Shown: positions 49,176 to 60,573 of the stretch, piece by piece
Numbering within the stretch: the first letter of the stretch is position 1
How the letters are laid out: every line of letters begins with the position of its first letter
Origin: an uncultured Methanolobus sp.
GTDB taxonomy: Archaea > Halobacteriota > Methanosarcinia > Methanosarcinales > Methanosarcinaceae
NCBI GenBank assembly: GCA_963675495.1
Contig: OY776215.1
Location: forward strand, 960,001-1,024,000
Length of the DNA stretch: 64,000 bases
Reading direction: 5' to 3'
Made by a program: the position numbers and the translations under genes
The notes under the pieces: generated by a model
The model's input: the letters and a program-made list of their open reading frames with translations, nothing else
What the model was told of the DNA's origin: nothing
Database searches by the model: none

Positions 49176-50423
49176 ATGCTTCAAATTCCAAACGAACATC
49201 CAACACTCTGGATAAAATCCACAAAATCCCAGTCACTTCAGGGAAAGACCATCGTGCTTGCAGTCACTGGCAGCATCGCTGCTGTAAGAACAGTGGAACT
49301 TGCCCGGGAATTCATACGCAGAGGTGCTGATGTCCATGCAGTCGTGAGCGAGGCTGCCGGGTGGATAATCAACCCAATGGCCCTGCATTACGCAACCGGA
49401 AATGAGGTCATCACCGCAATCACCGGGAAAGTGGAACATGTGGAGTTCTTTGGCAACCTTGGCAGGGCAGATCTGTTGCTTGTGGCACCTGCAACAGCCA
49501 ACACGATCGGGAAGATAGCAGCAGGAATAGATGACACACCCGTAACAACGTTTGCTACCACAGCCATCGGAGCAGGTAAACCTGTAATGATAGTACCTGC
49601 CATGCATGAAGATATGTACAATCATCCGGCAGTTGTGAAAAACATAGAGAATATCAAGGACTGGGGAATCAGCTTCATCGGACCCAGGATTGAGGAAGGC
49701 ATAGCCAAGATAGCTAGGAATGATGATATAGTTCTTGAGGTTGAGAGAGAGATCGGGCAAAGGACACTTTGCGGGAAGAGGATACTCATCACAAGCGGGT
49801 CTACTGCAGAACCTATCGACCCAATACGCATCCTGACCAATAGGGCATCAGGGAAGACTGGTGTTGAGCTGGCACTTGAAGCTTACCGCAGGGGTGCTGA
49901 TGTAACTATTGTGCATAGAAACAAGCTTGAAATCTGCGGCATCAATGAGATATATGCTGAAACTGCGGCGCAGATGACAGATTCAGTGCTGGATGAACTT
50001 GGAAAGGGCTATGATGTGCTTATAAGTTCTGCTGCCATTGCAGATTATACAATAGATGCCATTGGGAAGAAGATCAAATCAGGCGGCGAGTTTAACCTCT
50101 CCATGAAACCTACACGTAAACTAATAAAAGAAGCAAGGAATGCTCATCCGGAAATACGTATCGTTGGTTTCAAGGCGGAAGCCGGGATCGATAAAGATGA
50201 ACTGCTTTCAAGGGCAAAACAAACACTTGACAGCTCCGGACTTGACATGATAGTTGCAAATGAGGTCAGTGAGAAGGGCATGGGAACAGAGGACAACTGT
50301 GTATACATCATCCACGCGGATTATAATATAGGTACAAACAACATCACAGGTTCCAAGAGCATGATAGCATGTGTACTGATGGATGATATCACAGAAATGC
50401 TTGCATTAAAGGAAGAACATTAA
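49176..50423 (+). CDS. coaBC: Bifunctional phosphopantothenoylcysteine decarboxylase/synthetase
   Basis: VTGSIAA, APATANTIGK, PAMH, EPIDPIRILTNRASGKTG, VGFKAE. Confidence 0.95.
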   Translation: MLQIPNEHPTLWIKSTKSQSLQGKTIVLAVTGSIAAVRTVELAREFIRRGADVHAVVSEAAGWIINPMALHYATGNEVITAITGKVEHVEFFGNLGRADLLLVAPATANTIGKIAAGIDDTPVTTFATTAIGAGKPVMIVPAMHEDMYNHPAVVKNIENIKDWGISFIGPRIEEGIAKIARNDDIVLEVEREIGQRTLCGKRILITSGSTAEPIDPIRILTNRASGKTGVELALEAYRRGADVTIVHRNKLEICGINEIYAETAAQMTDSVLDELGKGYDVLISSAAIADYTIDAIGKKIKSGGEFNLSMKPTRKLIKEARNAHPEIRIVGFKAEAGIDKDELLSRAKQTLDSSGLDMIVANEVSEKGMGTEDNCVYIIHADYNIGTNNITGSKSMIACVLMDDITEMLALKEEH

Positions 50424-51317
50424 ATGCCCTGTGAAGAAATATCCAGCGCAACGGCTTTTGCACCGGGTCATATTACCGGCTTTTTTGAGATACACGACCA
50501 CACGAATCCCATAATGAAAGGATCCACAGGGTGTGGAATTGTACTTGATGCAGGAATTAAGACTACTGTATCATGTACTGATGAAGTGGAAAAAACCGAG
50601 ATCATACTTAACGACAAAAATACCAGTGGGGACACGATACGCACTGTAATTAAAATGCTCACCGACAGACCGGTTAAAGTGGAATGTCAGGCAGACATAC
50701 CCATAGAATGCGGACTCGGAGCATCTGGTGCCGGTGCCCTTGGTACAGCATACGCATTGAACCATGCACTCTCGCTTGATTTGACCGCAAACAAACTAAA
50801 TGAGATAGCACATGTTGCTGAAGTAAAGAACAGTAGCGGGTTAGGGGATGTGGCTGCCCAGTCCCTTGGAGGAGTCGTTATGAGAACCTCACCCGGAGCA
50901 CCTGATATTGCCACTCATGACCAGATATCATCTCCTGATTATAATATATACTGTCTGGTGCTCGGTAAATTATCAACTGGTTCAGTACTTGGCAACAGGC
51001 AGCAGGTTGAAAAGATCAATTCTGCCGGTAGAGAATCTATGAAACAACTCATGAAGAAGCCAACAATTGAGAAGTTCATGCATTGTTCCAGAGACTTTGC
51101 CATTGGAACAGGACTTGCAGACGAAAAGATAATAGAGATAATTGAAGCCGTTCAATCTGTAGGCGGACTGGCCTCGCAGGCAATGCTTGGTAATACAGTG
51201 TTTGCGCTCGGAACTAATAATAAGAGCTGCCCCAATGAGAATATTACCGAGGTACTTACTGATTTTGGAGACGTTTTGAATTATCGGATAAAACCTTCGG
51301 GTATCAGAATGATGTGA
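50424..51317 (+). CDS. pok: Pantoate kinase (GHMP family)
   Basis: AFAPGHITGFF, GLGASGA, AHVAEV..SSGLGDV; CoA cluster context. Confidence 0.9.
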   Translation: MPCEEISSATAFAPGHITGFFEIHDHTNPIMKGSTGCGIVLDAGIKTTVSCTDEVEKTEIILNDKNTSGDTIRTVIKMLTDRPVKVECQADIPIECGLGASGAGALGTAYALNHALSLDLTANKLNEIAHVAEVKNSSGLGDVAAQSLGGVVMRTSPGAPDIATHDQISSPDYNIYCLVLGKLSTGSVLGNRQQVEKINSAGRESMKQLMKKPTIEKFMHCSRDFAIGTGLADEKIIEIIEAVQSVGGLASQAMLGNTVFALGTNNKSCPNENITEVLTDFGDVLNYRIKPSGIRMM

Positions 51318-51393
51318 GCAAAAGCCTATTTAATATACGCATAATAATGTAGTGAAACGTTTTTTAAGGAAGTTCAAGGAGAAGTGAAAGACC

Positions 51394-52332
51394 ATGGTCG
51401 TAGAAGATGAATGGGATCCTAAACCAAAAGGGATGCCAGATATACCGAAGGAAATACCCCAGATATTCACTAAGATATTCCGTTCAGTCGCAATCGTTTT
51501 CGTAATATTGATAATATTTTCAATACTATTCGGTTCAATTTTTGTTTCAGTTGGTGCCGGAGAAGTAGGTGTGAAATTCAACCAGTTCGGTGGTGTTGAA
51601 GGAGATGAACTTGGCGAAGGATTGCATATCGTACCGCCATGGATCAGTGTTACCAAATACTCGGTCAGAAGTGAAACATACACCATGAGCGGAAAGACAG
51701 GCGAAGGTCAGATAGTAGGAGATGACCAGATCACAGCTCTTACATTGGAAGGACTTACCCTGGGACTGGATATCACTGTAAGGTACAGGTTGATGTCTGA
51801 TGAGGTAAGTACCGTTCACCAGACTCTTGGAACTAACTACGCGGAAAAAATAGTTCGCCCCACAATAAAATCATCCATACGTGAAGTAGTATCCACCAAA
51901 ACAGCCTTGCAGGTATATGGCGAGGAAAGACAACTTGTAGCAGGAGAAATGCTGAACAATATCGACAAAGCTTTGGGAAACGATGGTATCATCGTGGAAG
52001 AAGTGCTTGTAAGGAATGTTGTATTGCCAACAAGGGTTGCTGAAGCAATCGAGGCAAAACTTCAGGCTGACCAGGACGCCCAGAGGATGATATTCGTAAA
52101 ACAAAAAGAACAGCTGGAAGCAGAAAGGAAGATAATTGAAGCCAACGGTATTGCAAATGCGACCATAGCAAAAGCATACGGTGAAGCTGAAGCACTTGGA
52201 ATAATTAATGAAGAGCTGGCAAAGAATCCTAACCTTATAAACTACAAGTACATAGAAATGTTGCAGGGCCAGGAAATACAGACAATGCTTGTTCCCACGG
52301 ACCAGGGAATAATACTGGACGCCAGTAAATGA
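51394..52332 (+). CDS. SPFH/prohibitin family membrane protein
   Basis: N-terminal TM, GEGLHIVPPW, AIEAKLQA..AERKIIEA.G.A coiled coil. Confidence 0.9.
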   Translation: MVVEDEWDPKPKGMPDIPKEIPQIFTKIFRSVAIVFVILIIFSILFGSIFVSVGAGEVGVKFNQFGGVEGDELGEGLHIVPPWISVTKYSVRSETYTMSGKTGEGQIVGDDQITALTLEGLTLGLDITVRYRLMSDEVSTVHQTLGTNYAEKIVRPTIKSSIREVVSTKTALQVYGEERQLVAGEMLNNIDKALGNDGIIVEEVLVRNVVLPTRVAEAIEAKLQADQDAQRMIFVKQKEQLEAERKIIEANGIANATIAKAYGEAEALGIINEELAKNPNLINYKYIEMLQGQEIQTMLVPTDQGIILDASK

Positions 52333-52354
52333 ACACAAGGAGAAAACAGACTGA

Positions 52355-53125
52355 ATGACAGAAATTCCCAGAGACCACCCCCGATATGACTCTCTCATCA
52401 CAAGAGAAAAGATAGTTGAAGGGGTCAATATGGGCATTACCAGCAAGCAAGGACTGGTTGCCCAGGGGCGTGGTGAAGCCTTTGACTACATAATCGGAGA
52501 GAAGACGATCGAATCAGCAGCAATTGCCGAAAGAGCGGCAGTTGCACACATACTCCTTGCAGAGAACCCAATAATATCTGTGAACGGCAACACTGCAGCC
52601 CTTGTACCTGACCTGATGGTATCACTTGCTGATGCTACAGGTGCAAGACTGGAAGTAAACCTTTTCCACAGAAGCGATGCAAGAGTGCACAAGATCACTG
52701 AGCATCTAAAGGCACATGGTGCGGGTGTGGTCCTTGGCGGGAAAGGTGACAAGAGACTTGACCTTTCACATGATAGAGCCATTGTTGATGATGAAGGCAT
52801 TTTCAGTGCAGATGTTGTGCTGGTACCCCTTGAGGATGGAGACCGCTGCCAGAAACTAGTGGAAATGGGAAAGACCGTTATTGCAATAGACCTCAATCCT
52901 CTTTCCAGAACCTCTCTTACATCTACGGTCACAATTGTTGACAATGTCACCAGAGCACTCAACAATATGGTCCAGTTCACAGAGGATATGAAAGGCGGAA
53001 GCAAGGACTCACTTCAAGCTGTTATTGATGCCTATGATAATGACAGAGTCTTATCAGATGCCCTTTATTCCATGCAGGAACACCTGAAAAACAAAGCCGA
53101 AGAGAAGGGAATTACATGGACATAA
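52355..53125 (+). CDS. pps: 4-phosphopantoate--beta-alanine ligase (phosphopantothenate synthetase)
   Basis: HPRYDSL, GRGEAFDY, ISVNGN, VPLEDGDR, IDLNPLSRT. Confidence 0.93.
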   Translation: MTEIPRDHPRYDSLITREKIVEGVNMGITSKQGLVAQGRGEAFDYIIGEKTIESAAIAERAAVAHILLAENPIISVNGNTAALVPDLMVSLADATGARLEVNLFHRSDARVHKITEHLKAHGAGVVLGGKGDKRLDLSHDRAIVDDEGIFSADVVLVPLEDGDRCQKLVEMGKTVIAIDLNPLSRTSLTSTVTIVDNVTRALNNMVQFTEDMKGGSKDSLQAVIDAYDNDRVLSDALYSMQEHLKNKAEEKGITWT

Positions 53126-53757
53126 TAGAGACAACACGCAAGTTTGTTTCTGCGGTGCTTGCAGATGAGCCAAGTACACATGACATGTCACATATTGAAC
53201 GTGTTGAAAACACCTGTGTAAAACTACACGAAAAAGAAGGTGGAGATATTCAGGTCCTGCGTCTTGCAGCCCTTCTTCATGATGTAGGGATCGTAAGAGA
53301 GCACAAAGAAGGTGGAAATCACGCAGAATACAGTGCGGAAATTGCGCGTGAATTCCTAAATGATAACGGAGCAGAGGCAGAACTTATAGACCATGTAACA
53401 TCATGCATACTCACCCACCGTTTCAGCCGTGGAATGAAGGCGCAGACCATTGAGGCTAAGATACTTCAGGATGCTGACAGAATAGATGCACTGGGAGCCG
53501 TTGGCATTTTTCGCTCCCTTGTATCAATGGGAGCTTTACGAGCATTGAAACAGACCATCGGGACTGTGAAGGAAACTTCTATGAATGCTTACACTGAAGA
53601 CCCCTTCGATGGGTTTTATGATTATATGGAAAGGAAGCCTTTCAAAATACCGGAAAGGCTCAATACAAAAACCGCAAAAATAATCGCAGAGCAGAGACTT
53701 GCAATTATGCGGATGTATCTGGAAGAACTAAAGGAAGAAACATCAGGAGATATATAA
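53116..53757 (+). CDS. HD-domain phosphohydrolase
   Basis: H..SH..RV, AALLHDVG, LQDADRIDALGAVG. Confidence 0.9.
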   Translation: MDIIETTRKFVSAVLADEPSTHDMSHIERVENTCVKLHEKEGGDIQVLRLAALLHDVGIVREHKEGGNHAEYSAEIAREFLNDNGAEAELIDHVTSCILTHRFSRGMKAQTIEAKILQDADRIDALGAVGIFRSLVSMGALRALKQTIGTVKETSMNAYTEDPFDGFYDYMERKPFKIPERLNTKTAKIIAEQRLAIMRMYLEELKEETSGDI

Positions 53758-55055
53758 TGGCTGATACGATCATCAAGAATGCTTATATTCTCACAATGGA
53801 CCCCTCTGTAGGAGATATAGAGAACGGAGTAGTTGTCATTGAGAATGGAACGATTAAAGAGATAGGAACCTCCACGCAGTGCAGTGCCGAAAAGATTATC
53901 GATGCAAAAGGTTCAGTCCTTATGCCAGGACTCATTAATACGCATTGTCACGCAGGGATGACCATTTTTAGAGGATATGCTGATGACATGCAACTGCAGG
54001 ACTGGCTTGAGAACCACATATGGCCTGCTGAAGCACAGCTTACGGACGAGGACATTTATGCAGGCACAAGATTGGCATGTCTGGAAATGATTCGCTCAGG
54101 AACCATTGCTTTTGCCGACATGTACATCCATGAGAACAGGGTTGCTCAGGCTGTTGATGAAGCAGGCATTCGAGCTGCACTTTCCTATGGCATGATAGAT
54201 TTTGGTGACAAAGAAAAGGCAGATAAAGAATTAAAAGAGGGCATGGAGTTTGTCAAAGCATGGAATGGAAAAGCTGATGGCAGAATAGACACCATGTACG
54301 GACCTCATGCACCCAATACGTGTTCCAGGGACTTTCTGATAAGAGTTAAAGAGCAGGCGGTCAAGGATAACGTAAAGATACATATCCATGTACTTGAAAC
54401 CGAAGCAGAGCTCAATTATATGAAAGAGAACTTTGGCATGTGCTCCATACACTTCCTCAAGGATATCGATTTCTGGGGACCGGATGTAATTGCTGCCCAT
54501 GGCGTATGGCTTTCAGACGGCGATATTAAGATACTTGCAGAATATGGTGTCAATATTTCCCATAACCCGGTCAGCAATATGAAACTAGCATCCGGAATTT
54601 GCCCGGTTTCCAAACTTCTGAATGAAGGCGCGAACGTCTGCCTTGGAACTGACGGATGCGCTTCCAACAACAACCTTGACATGTTCGAGGAAATGAGAAC
54701 AGCAGCTCTTTTGCAAAAAGTCAGTGCAATGGACCCCACAGTACTTCCTGCACGCACAGTACTCGAGATGGCAACCCTCAACGGTGCAAAGGCACTTGGA
54801 ATCAACAGCGGGATGTTGAAGAAAGGGTACAATGCCGACATGATCTTAGTTGATATGAATAAGGCACATCTGACACCTGTCTACGACGTTGCATCACACC
54901 TTGTGTACGCTGCCAGCGGAAAGGACGTGAAGACGACTATCGTGAATGGCAAGCTCCTTATGGAAGATGGAAAAGTCATCTCAATGAATGAACAGGAAGT
55001 AATAGACATTGCAATTCAGAAGTCAGAAGAGCTTATATCAAAGATTGGTAATTAA
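53757..55055 (+). CDS. mtaD: 5'-methylthioadenosine/S-adenosylhomocysteine (5'-deoxyadenosine) deaminase
   Basis: PGLINTHCH, RGYADD, GPHAPNTC, HIHVLET, NPVSNMKLASG, GTDG; adjacent to ahcY. Confidence 0.88.
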   Translation: MADTIIKNAYILTMDPSVGDIENGVVVIENGTIKEIGTSTQCSAEKIIDAKGSVLMPGLINTHCHAGMTIFRGYADDMQLQDWLENHIWPAEAQLTDEDIYAGTRLACLEMIRSGTIAFADMYIHENRVAQAVDEAGIRAALSYGMIDFGDKEKADKELKEGMEFVKAWNGKADGRIDTMYGPHAPNTCSRDFLIRVKEQAVKDNVKIHIHVLETEAELNYMKENFGMCSIHFLKDIDFWGPDVIAAHGVWLSDGDIKILAEYGVNISHNPVSNMKLASGICPVSKLLNEGANVCLGTDGCASNNNLDMFEEMRTAALLQKVSAMDPTVLPARTVLEMATLNGAKALGINSGMLKKGYNADMILVDMNKAHLTPVYDVASHLVYAASGKDVKTTIVNGKLLMEDGKVISMNEQEVIDIAIQKSEELISKIGN

Positions 55056-55094
55056 TACATATTTATTTTATATTTATGAAATTGGAGAATTTAG

Positions 55095-56330
55095 ATGAGC
55101 GATAATGAAATGATAGAATCAGGCAATATGAAGATTGACTGGGTTCTCAACCATATGCCTGTTCTCAATATAATCAGGGAACAGTTCGAAAAAGAAAAGC
55201 CACTTGCAGGTCACAGGGTCGGTATGGCCTTACACGTTGAGGCTAAGACAGCTGCACTGGTCGAAACCCTGGCCATGGGCGGAGCCGAAGTAGCTATTGC
55301 AGGTTGTAATCCATTAAGCACACAGGACGATGTTTCTTTTGCACTTCATGAGAAGAAGAACATCCAGTGCTTTGCAAGATATGACTGCTGCACCGAGGAA
55401 TACTATGAAGCTATTGACAATGTTCTTGACTTCAAGCCCGATATCACCATAGATGACGGTGCAGACCTTATTTTCAAGCTTCACACAGAGCGCACTGACC
55501 TTTTGCCAATGATACTTGGTGGTTGTGAGGAAACAACAACAGGTATTCACAGGCTCAAAGCTATGGAACGTGATGGTGCACTGAAGATGCCAGTTATCGC
55601 AGTGAACGATGCAATGACAAAGTATCTCTTCGACAACCGCTATGGTACCGGCCAGTCAGCATGGGACGGAATCATGAGAACAACGAACCTTCTTGTAGCA
55701 GGTAAGAACGTTGTCATTGGTGGCTACGGCTGGTGTGGTAAGGGTGCTGCAATGCGCGCAAGCGGCCTTGGTGCAAACGTAATCGTCACAGAGATAGACC
55801 CAATAAGGGCACTTGAAGCACGTATGGATGGCAATCAGGTCATGCCAATGAAAGAGGCTGCAAAGATAGGCGATATATTCCTCACAACCACAGGTAACAG
55901 GGACATACTGAAAAGGGAAGACTTTGAGGTCATCAAAGACGGTGCTATACTTGCAAATGCAGGCCACTTCAACGTAGAGATCAACCTGGAAGACCTTAAG
56001 GCCATGGCAGGCTCTGTAAAGACTGTAAGGAATAACATTAAGGAATACACTCTCAAAGACAGGCGTGTCTACGTGCTTGCAGACGGAAGGCTTGTGAACC
56101 TTGCAGCAGGTGACGGACATCCCGCAGAGGTTATGGATATGAGCTTTGCAAACCAGGCACTTTGTGTAAGACATATCGCAGAGAACAAACTGGCAAATGG
56201 AGTGCATCCGGTACCCCTTGAACTGGACATAGGAGTTGCGGAAATGAAACTCATGTCCATGGACATCAGCATTGATAAACTGTCAGATGAACAGACAGCA
56301 TACATGGGTGGCTGGGAATCCGGGACATAA
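55095..56330 (+). CDS. ahcY: Adenosylhomocysteinase (SAH/SIH hydrolase)
   Basis: CNPLSTQD, DDGAD, EETTTG, KYLFDNRYGTGQS, GYGWCGKG, GRLVNL, GHPAEVMDMSF. Confidence 0.96.
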   Translation: MSDNEMIESGNMKIDWVLNHMPVLNIIREQFEKEKPLAGHRVGMALHVEAKTAALVETLAMGGAEVAIAGCNPLSTQDDVSFALHEKKNIQCFARYDCCTEEYYEAIDNVLDFKPDITIDDGADLIFKLHTERTDLLPMILGGCEETTTGIHRLKAMERDGALKMPVIAVNDAMTKYLFDNRYGTGQSAWDGIMRTTNLLVAGKNVVIGGYGWCGKGAAMRASGLGANVIVTEIDPIRALEARMDGNQVMPMKEAAKIGDIFLTTTGNRDILKREDFEVIKDGAILANAGHFNVEINLEDLKAMAGSVKTVRNNIKEYTLKDRRVYVLADGRLVNLAAGDGHPAEVMDMSFANQALCVRHIAENKLANGVHPVPLELDIGVAEMKLMSMDISIDKLSDEQTAYMGGWESGT

Positions 56331-56652
56331 CCCGGCCATTTTTTAAAATAAACTGTTAATTGGTGCTAAACCGAAGATACCTTCTGTTTTTAGGGAGATA
56401 CAAAATAGCCACAGGAGCATAACCAGGACTACTTTGTAAAAAGTAAAAACAATCATATATAAACATTCTTGTTTTGATTTAAATTAAAATTACATTAATA
56501 AAAAACATATAAGTATCAGTAAATCGTTATAGGCAATTGTAGCTCGAACGCATGAGAGAGCACAAAACTATATATACAATAAGTGCTTCTATCACCCGCT
56601 ACACCGAAGTCGATGAACGTGAAGCAGCCTCAGCAAATCCACCCAACATATT

Positions 56653-56729
56653 GGGCTCGTAGCTCAGTCAGGCAGAGCGTCTGGCTTTTAACCAGACGGC
56701 CTAGGGTTCAAATCCCTACGAGCCCGCCA
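56653..56729 (+). tRNA. tRNA-Lys (UUU), CCA encoded, no intron
   Basis: Acceptor GGGCTCG/CGAGCCC, anticodon arm TCTGG-CTTTTAA-CCAGA, T arm TAGGG-TTCAAAT-CCCTA, ends G-CCA. Confidence 0.96.
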
Positions 56730-56782
56730 TCAATTTTGCACATGAGTGTTCACGTTCACATTTTTGAGGGAGGAGTAATATA

Positions 56783-57019
56783 TTGAGAAAATTTAGCCTG
56801 CTTGACCACCAGTCAATCCCGAAACATGAGATTATGTCGGAAGATGAACTTAAATCTGTTTTAAAACACTATGCTATTGAGAAGGAGCAGTTGCCAAAAA
56901 TAAAGGTTGTTGATCCGGTCATACAGGAAGTAGGGGCACAGGTTGGAGAGGTAGTTAAAATCACCCGCAACAGCCAGACTGCTGGCGAAGCATTCTATTA
57001 CAGACTTGTTATCGCTTGA
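56783..57019 (+). CDS. rpoH: RNA polymerase subunit H (Rpo5), TTG start
   Basis: H..IPKHEI, QLPKI..VDP, ITRNSQTAG..YYRLV; GGAGG SD. Confidence 0.95.
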   Translation: MRKFSLLDHQSIPKHEIMSEDELKSVLKHYAIEKEQLPKIKVVDPVIQEVGAQVGEVVKITRNSQTAGEAFYYRLVIA

Positions 57020-57102
57020 AGAAGCGAATCTTACATTAATCATTTGACATGGGCTTTTTTACCATTTTACGATAATATAAACCACATAAAGAAGGTGCTA
57101 TC

Positions 57103-58752
57103 ATAGCGTTAACCAAAGGACAGATCCCACGTTCGTTTTTCACGAAAGATAAGATCGTACAGCATCACATCGATTCATATAACAAATTTGTGGAGACAGG
57201 TCTGCAAAAGATCATCGATGAGCAGAAGATCATAGAAACCGACCTTGAAGACACCTACATAAAGCTGGGCGCTATCCGCGTGGAGAACCCGGTAGTGAAG
57301 GAAGCGGACGGGGCAATTGAGAACCTATATCCTAACGAAGCCAGACTAAGGAACCTATCATATTCAGCACCACTCTACCTGCAGATGAGTGTTGTTGAGA
57401 ACGATGAGGAGAAGGAACCACAGGAAGCAAAGATCGGCCAGCTCCCTGTTATGATCAAATCCAAAATCGGCAACCTTACTGAGCTCAGTGAAGAAGAGAT
57501 GGTGAAATACGGCGAAGATCCACTCGACCCGGGAGGATACTTTATCGTCAACGGAACCGAGCGAGTGGTCATGACCCTGGAGGACCTTGCCCCGAACAAG
57601 ATACTCACTGAATTTGGTGAAAGATACGGAGATACCATCGAAGTTTCAAAGGTATTCTCACAAAGAAGAGGATACAGGGCACTTGTTGTCGTAGAAAGAG
57701 GTAGGAAATCACTTCTGGAAGTATCATTCCCTTCAATTTCAGGACGTATTAACTTTATCACCCTTATGAGGGCACTTGGTGTGGAGACTGACGAAGAACT
57801 CGTAAAAGCAGTATCCACCGACCCCGAAATAATGAAGTTCATGTTTGAGAACCTTGAAGAAGCAGAGGTTGACAATATAGAAGATGCAATGGAAAAGATC
57901 GGTTCAAGGGTTGCATCAGGACAGGCAAGAGACTACCAGATCAAGCGTGCCAACTACGTAATTGACAGATATCTTTTGCCACACCTTGGAAACGAACCAA
58001 CAGACAGGGCTCCAAAAGCAAACTTCCTTGGAAGAATGGCAGAATCATGCTTTGAACTTGCACTTGGAAGACGTAATCCAGATGATAAGGACCACTACTC
58101 CAACAAGAGACTCAAACTCACAGGTGACCTTATGGAAGACTTGTTCAGAGTTGCCTTCAACAGGCTCTCAAGAGACGTCAAATATCAGCTTGAAAGAGCA
58201 AACATGAGAAACCGTGAGCTCAATGTGGTCACGCTTGTAAGAGCAGATGTACTCACTGACAGACTGCAGCACCCACTTGCAACAGGAAACTGGGTTGGCG
58301 GCAGAACTGGTGTATCACAGCTGCTTGACAGGACAGATTATATCTCAACACTTTCTCACCTGCGGCGTGTAATTTCCCCACTTTCAAGAGCCCAGCCTCA
58401 CTTTGAGGCCCGTGACCTTCACCCAACACAATGGGGCAGGCTTTGTCCTTCAGAAACCCCGGAAGGTCCGAACTGTGGCCTTGTGAAGAACTTTGCACAA
58501 ATGGTGGAACTTTCAACCGGTACTGAAGATAACAAGAAAATAAAGAACATACTCTATGACCTTGGTGTTGTAAAGACAGTTCTTAACTCATCAATAAAAG
58601 CACTCCCGGAATATGATGAAGAACTCGATGATTACCTGGAGGAGCTGGAAGTAAAACCCGTAGTAGAAGAAGAGGAAAAGCCAGAACCTATCGGGTACAC
58701 GAACTATTCAGATTCATTAGACGATGGCACAGGAGGACTTCTCGATGAATGA
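57103..58752 (+). CDS. rpoB2: RNA polymerase subunit B'' (Rpo2N); probable non-canonical start upstream of the track's GTG 57190
   Basis: In-frame upstream sequence [29 protein letters not shown] is the conserved N-terminus; [25 protein letters not shown]. Confidence 0.9.
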   Translation: MALTKGQIPRSFFTKDKIVQHHIDSYNKFVETGLQKIIDEQKIIETDLEDTYIKLGAIRVENPVVKEADGAIENLYPNEARLRNLSYSAPLYLQMSVVENDEEKEPQEAKIGQLPVMIKSKIGNLTELSEEEMVKYGEDPLDPGGYFIVNGTERVVMTLEDLAPNKILTEFGERYGDTIEVSKVFSQRRGYRALVVVERGRKSLLEVSFPSISGRINFITLMRALGVETDEELVKAVSTDPEIMKFMFENLEEAEVDNIEDAMEKIGSRVASGQARDYQIKRANYVIDRYLLPHLGNEPTDRAPKANFLGRMAESCFELALGRRNPDDKDHYSNKRLKLTGDLMEDLFRVAFNRLSRDVKYQLERANMRNRELNVVTLVRADVLTDRLQHPLATGNWVGGRTGVSQLLDRTDYISTLSHLRRVISPLSRAQPHFEARDLHPTQWGRLCPSETPEGPNCGLVKNFAQMVELSTGTEDNKKIKNILYDLGVVKTVLNSSIKALPEYDEELDDYLEELEVKPVVEEEEKPEPIGYTNYSDSLDDGTGGLLDE

Positions 58753-60559
58753 AGCTAAAGTTTTCCTTAACGGAGAACTCATAGGAACCCATACAGACCC
58801 TGCAGAACTGATTGAAAATATCAGAGATCAGCGTGGGCAAGGAAATGTTTCAGACCAGCTCAATGTCACATATTATGAAGATATTCATGAGGTAATAATC
58901 AATACAGATATGGGTCGTGCAAGAAGGCCACTCATTGTTGTGAAAAATGGTGAAGCCCTTGTGACAGAAGAAGAAGAAGGACTTCTTGCAGAAGGCAAGA
59001 TGTCCTACGACGAAATGAAAAAGGCTGGAAAGATAGAGTACATTGATTCAGCAGAAGAAGAAAATGCATTCATTGCGCTTTACAGGGACCACATTACAAA
59101 AGACCACTCCCATATGGAGATCAACCCCGGACTTATGTTAGGTATCTGCACAGGAATGGTACCTTACCCGGAGCACAATGCATCCCCACGTAACACAATG
59201 GGTGCAGCAATGGTAAAGCAGTGTATAGGAGTATCAACATCCAACACCAAGCTCAGACCAGACACACGTGCACATCTTCTACATTACCCACAAAAAGCAA
59301 TGGTCAGGACACAGACCTGCGAATCAATTCACTTCGATGACAGACCTGCAGGACAGAACTTCGTTGTAGCTGTCATGTCCTATGAAGGACACAACATTGA
59401 AGATGCCCTGGTATTTAACAAAGGCTCCATTGAAAGAGGACTTGGAAGAAGTCACTTCCTCAGGACATTTGAAGGTGAAGAAAGACGCTACCCCGGTGGA
59501 CAGGAAGACAAATTCGAAATACCTGACTCCGAGTTCAGAGGCGCCCGTAGTCCCGAATCATATGCGAATCTCGACATTGACGGTCTTGTGAACCCTGAGA
59601 CAATTGTCGGTCCAAATGATGTTTTGATCGGAAAGACAAGTCCGCCACGTTTCCTTGAAGAACAGTCCGATTTCGGCATCACCGTTGAGCAGCGCAGAGA
59701 AAGTGCTATCACAATGCGTTCTAACGAAAAAGGTGTTGTTGACACAGTCATTCTTACAGAATCAATAAACGGAACCCGCCTTGCAAAGGTAAAGATAAGG
59801 GACCAGAGAATTCCTGAGATCGGTGACAAGTTCGCATCAAGACACGGACAGAAAGGAGTTATTGGACTGATAGTGCCTTTTGCCGACATGCCATTTACAG
59901 AGCATGGCCTTGTACCGGACCTTGTAATCAACCCACATGCTATCCCTTCACGTATGACGGTCGGTCACGTGCTTGAGATGATCGGGGGCAAGGTCGGATC
60001 AATGGAAGGAAGAAGAATCAATGCAACCTCATTCTCCGGTGAGAATGAAGATGACCTGCGCGCAGCACTGAAAGATCAAGGATTTTCACACACCGGTAAA
60101 GAAGTATTCTCTGATGGTGTAACTGGCAAGAAGATACAGGCAGATGTGTTCGTTGGAGTTATCCTTTACCAGAAACTGCACCACATGGTAGCATCAAAGA
60201 TGCACGCCAGGTCACGTGGACCAGTGCAGGTGCTTACAAGACAGCCAACAGAAGGTCGTGCCCGTGAAGGAGGTCTGCGTTTCGGAGAAATGGAGCGTGA
60301 TGTGCTAATTGGACACGGTGCAGCAATGACCCTGAAAGAAAGACTGCTCGATGAATCCGACAAGGTAACAGAGCTTGTCTGCGGACACTGCGGAATGATT
60401 GCAACATTCGACAGGAAGAGAAACATCAGATACTGCGCAAATTGTGGTGCTGAAACTGATATCCACCCGGTAGACATGAGTTACGCATTCAAACTGCTGC
60501 TTGACGAAATCAAATCCCTTGGTGTGGCTCCAAGACTGCAACTTGAGGATGCTGTATAA
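58745..60559 (+). CDS. rpoB1: RNA polymerase subunit B' (Rpo2C) (ORF track start 58724)
   Basis: [33 protein letters not shown]; GGAGG SD before ATG 58745. Confidence 0.96.
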   Translation: MNEAKVFLNGELIGTHTDPAELIENIRDQRGQGNVSDQLNVTYYEDIHEVIINTDMGRARRPLIVVKNGEALVTEEEEGLLAEGKMSYDEMKKAGKIEYIDSAEEENAFIALYRDHITKDHSHMEINPGLMLGICTGMVPYPEHNASPRNTMGAAMVKQCIGVSTSNTKLRPDTRAHLLHYPQKAMVRTQTCESIHFDDRPAGQNFVVAVMSYEGHNIEDALVFNKGSIERGLGRSHFLRTFEGEERRYPGGQEDKFEIPDSEFRGARSPESYANLDIDGLVNPETIVGPNDVLIGKTSPPRFLEEQSDFGITVEQRRESAITMRSNEKGVVDTVILTESINGTRLAKVKIRDQRIPEIGDKFASRHGQKGVIGLIVPFADMPFTEHGLVPDLVINPHAIPSRMTVGHVLEMIGGKVGSMEGRRINATSFSGENEDDLRAALKDQGFSHTGKEVFSDGVTGKKIQADVFVGVILYQKLHHMVASKMHARSRGPVQVLTRQPTEGRAREGGLRFGEMERDVLIGHGAAMTLKERLLDESDKVTELVCGHCGMIATFDRKRNIRYCANCGAETDIHPVDMSYAFKLLLDEIKSLGVAPRLQLEDAV

Positions 60560-60573
60560 GGGGTGAAATTAAA

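Noticed and set aside
56583-56786. 67-aa ORF upstream of rpoH
   Set aside because: Overlaps tRNA-Lys entirely; no protein-like features
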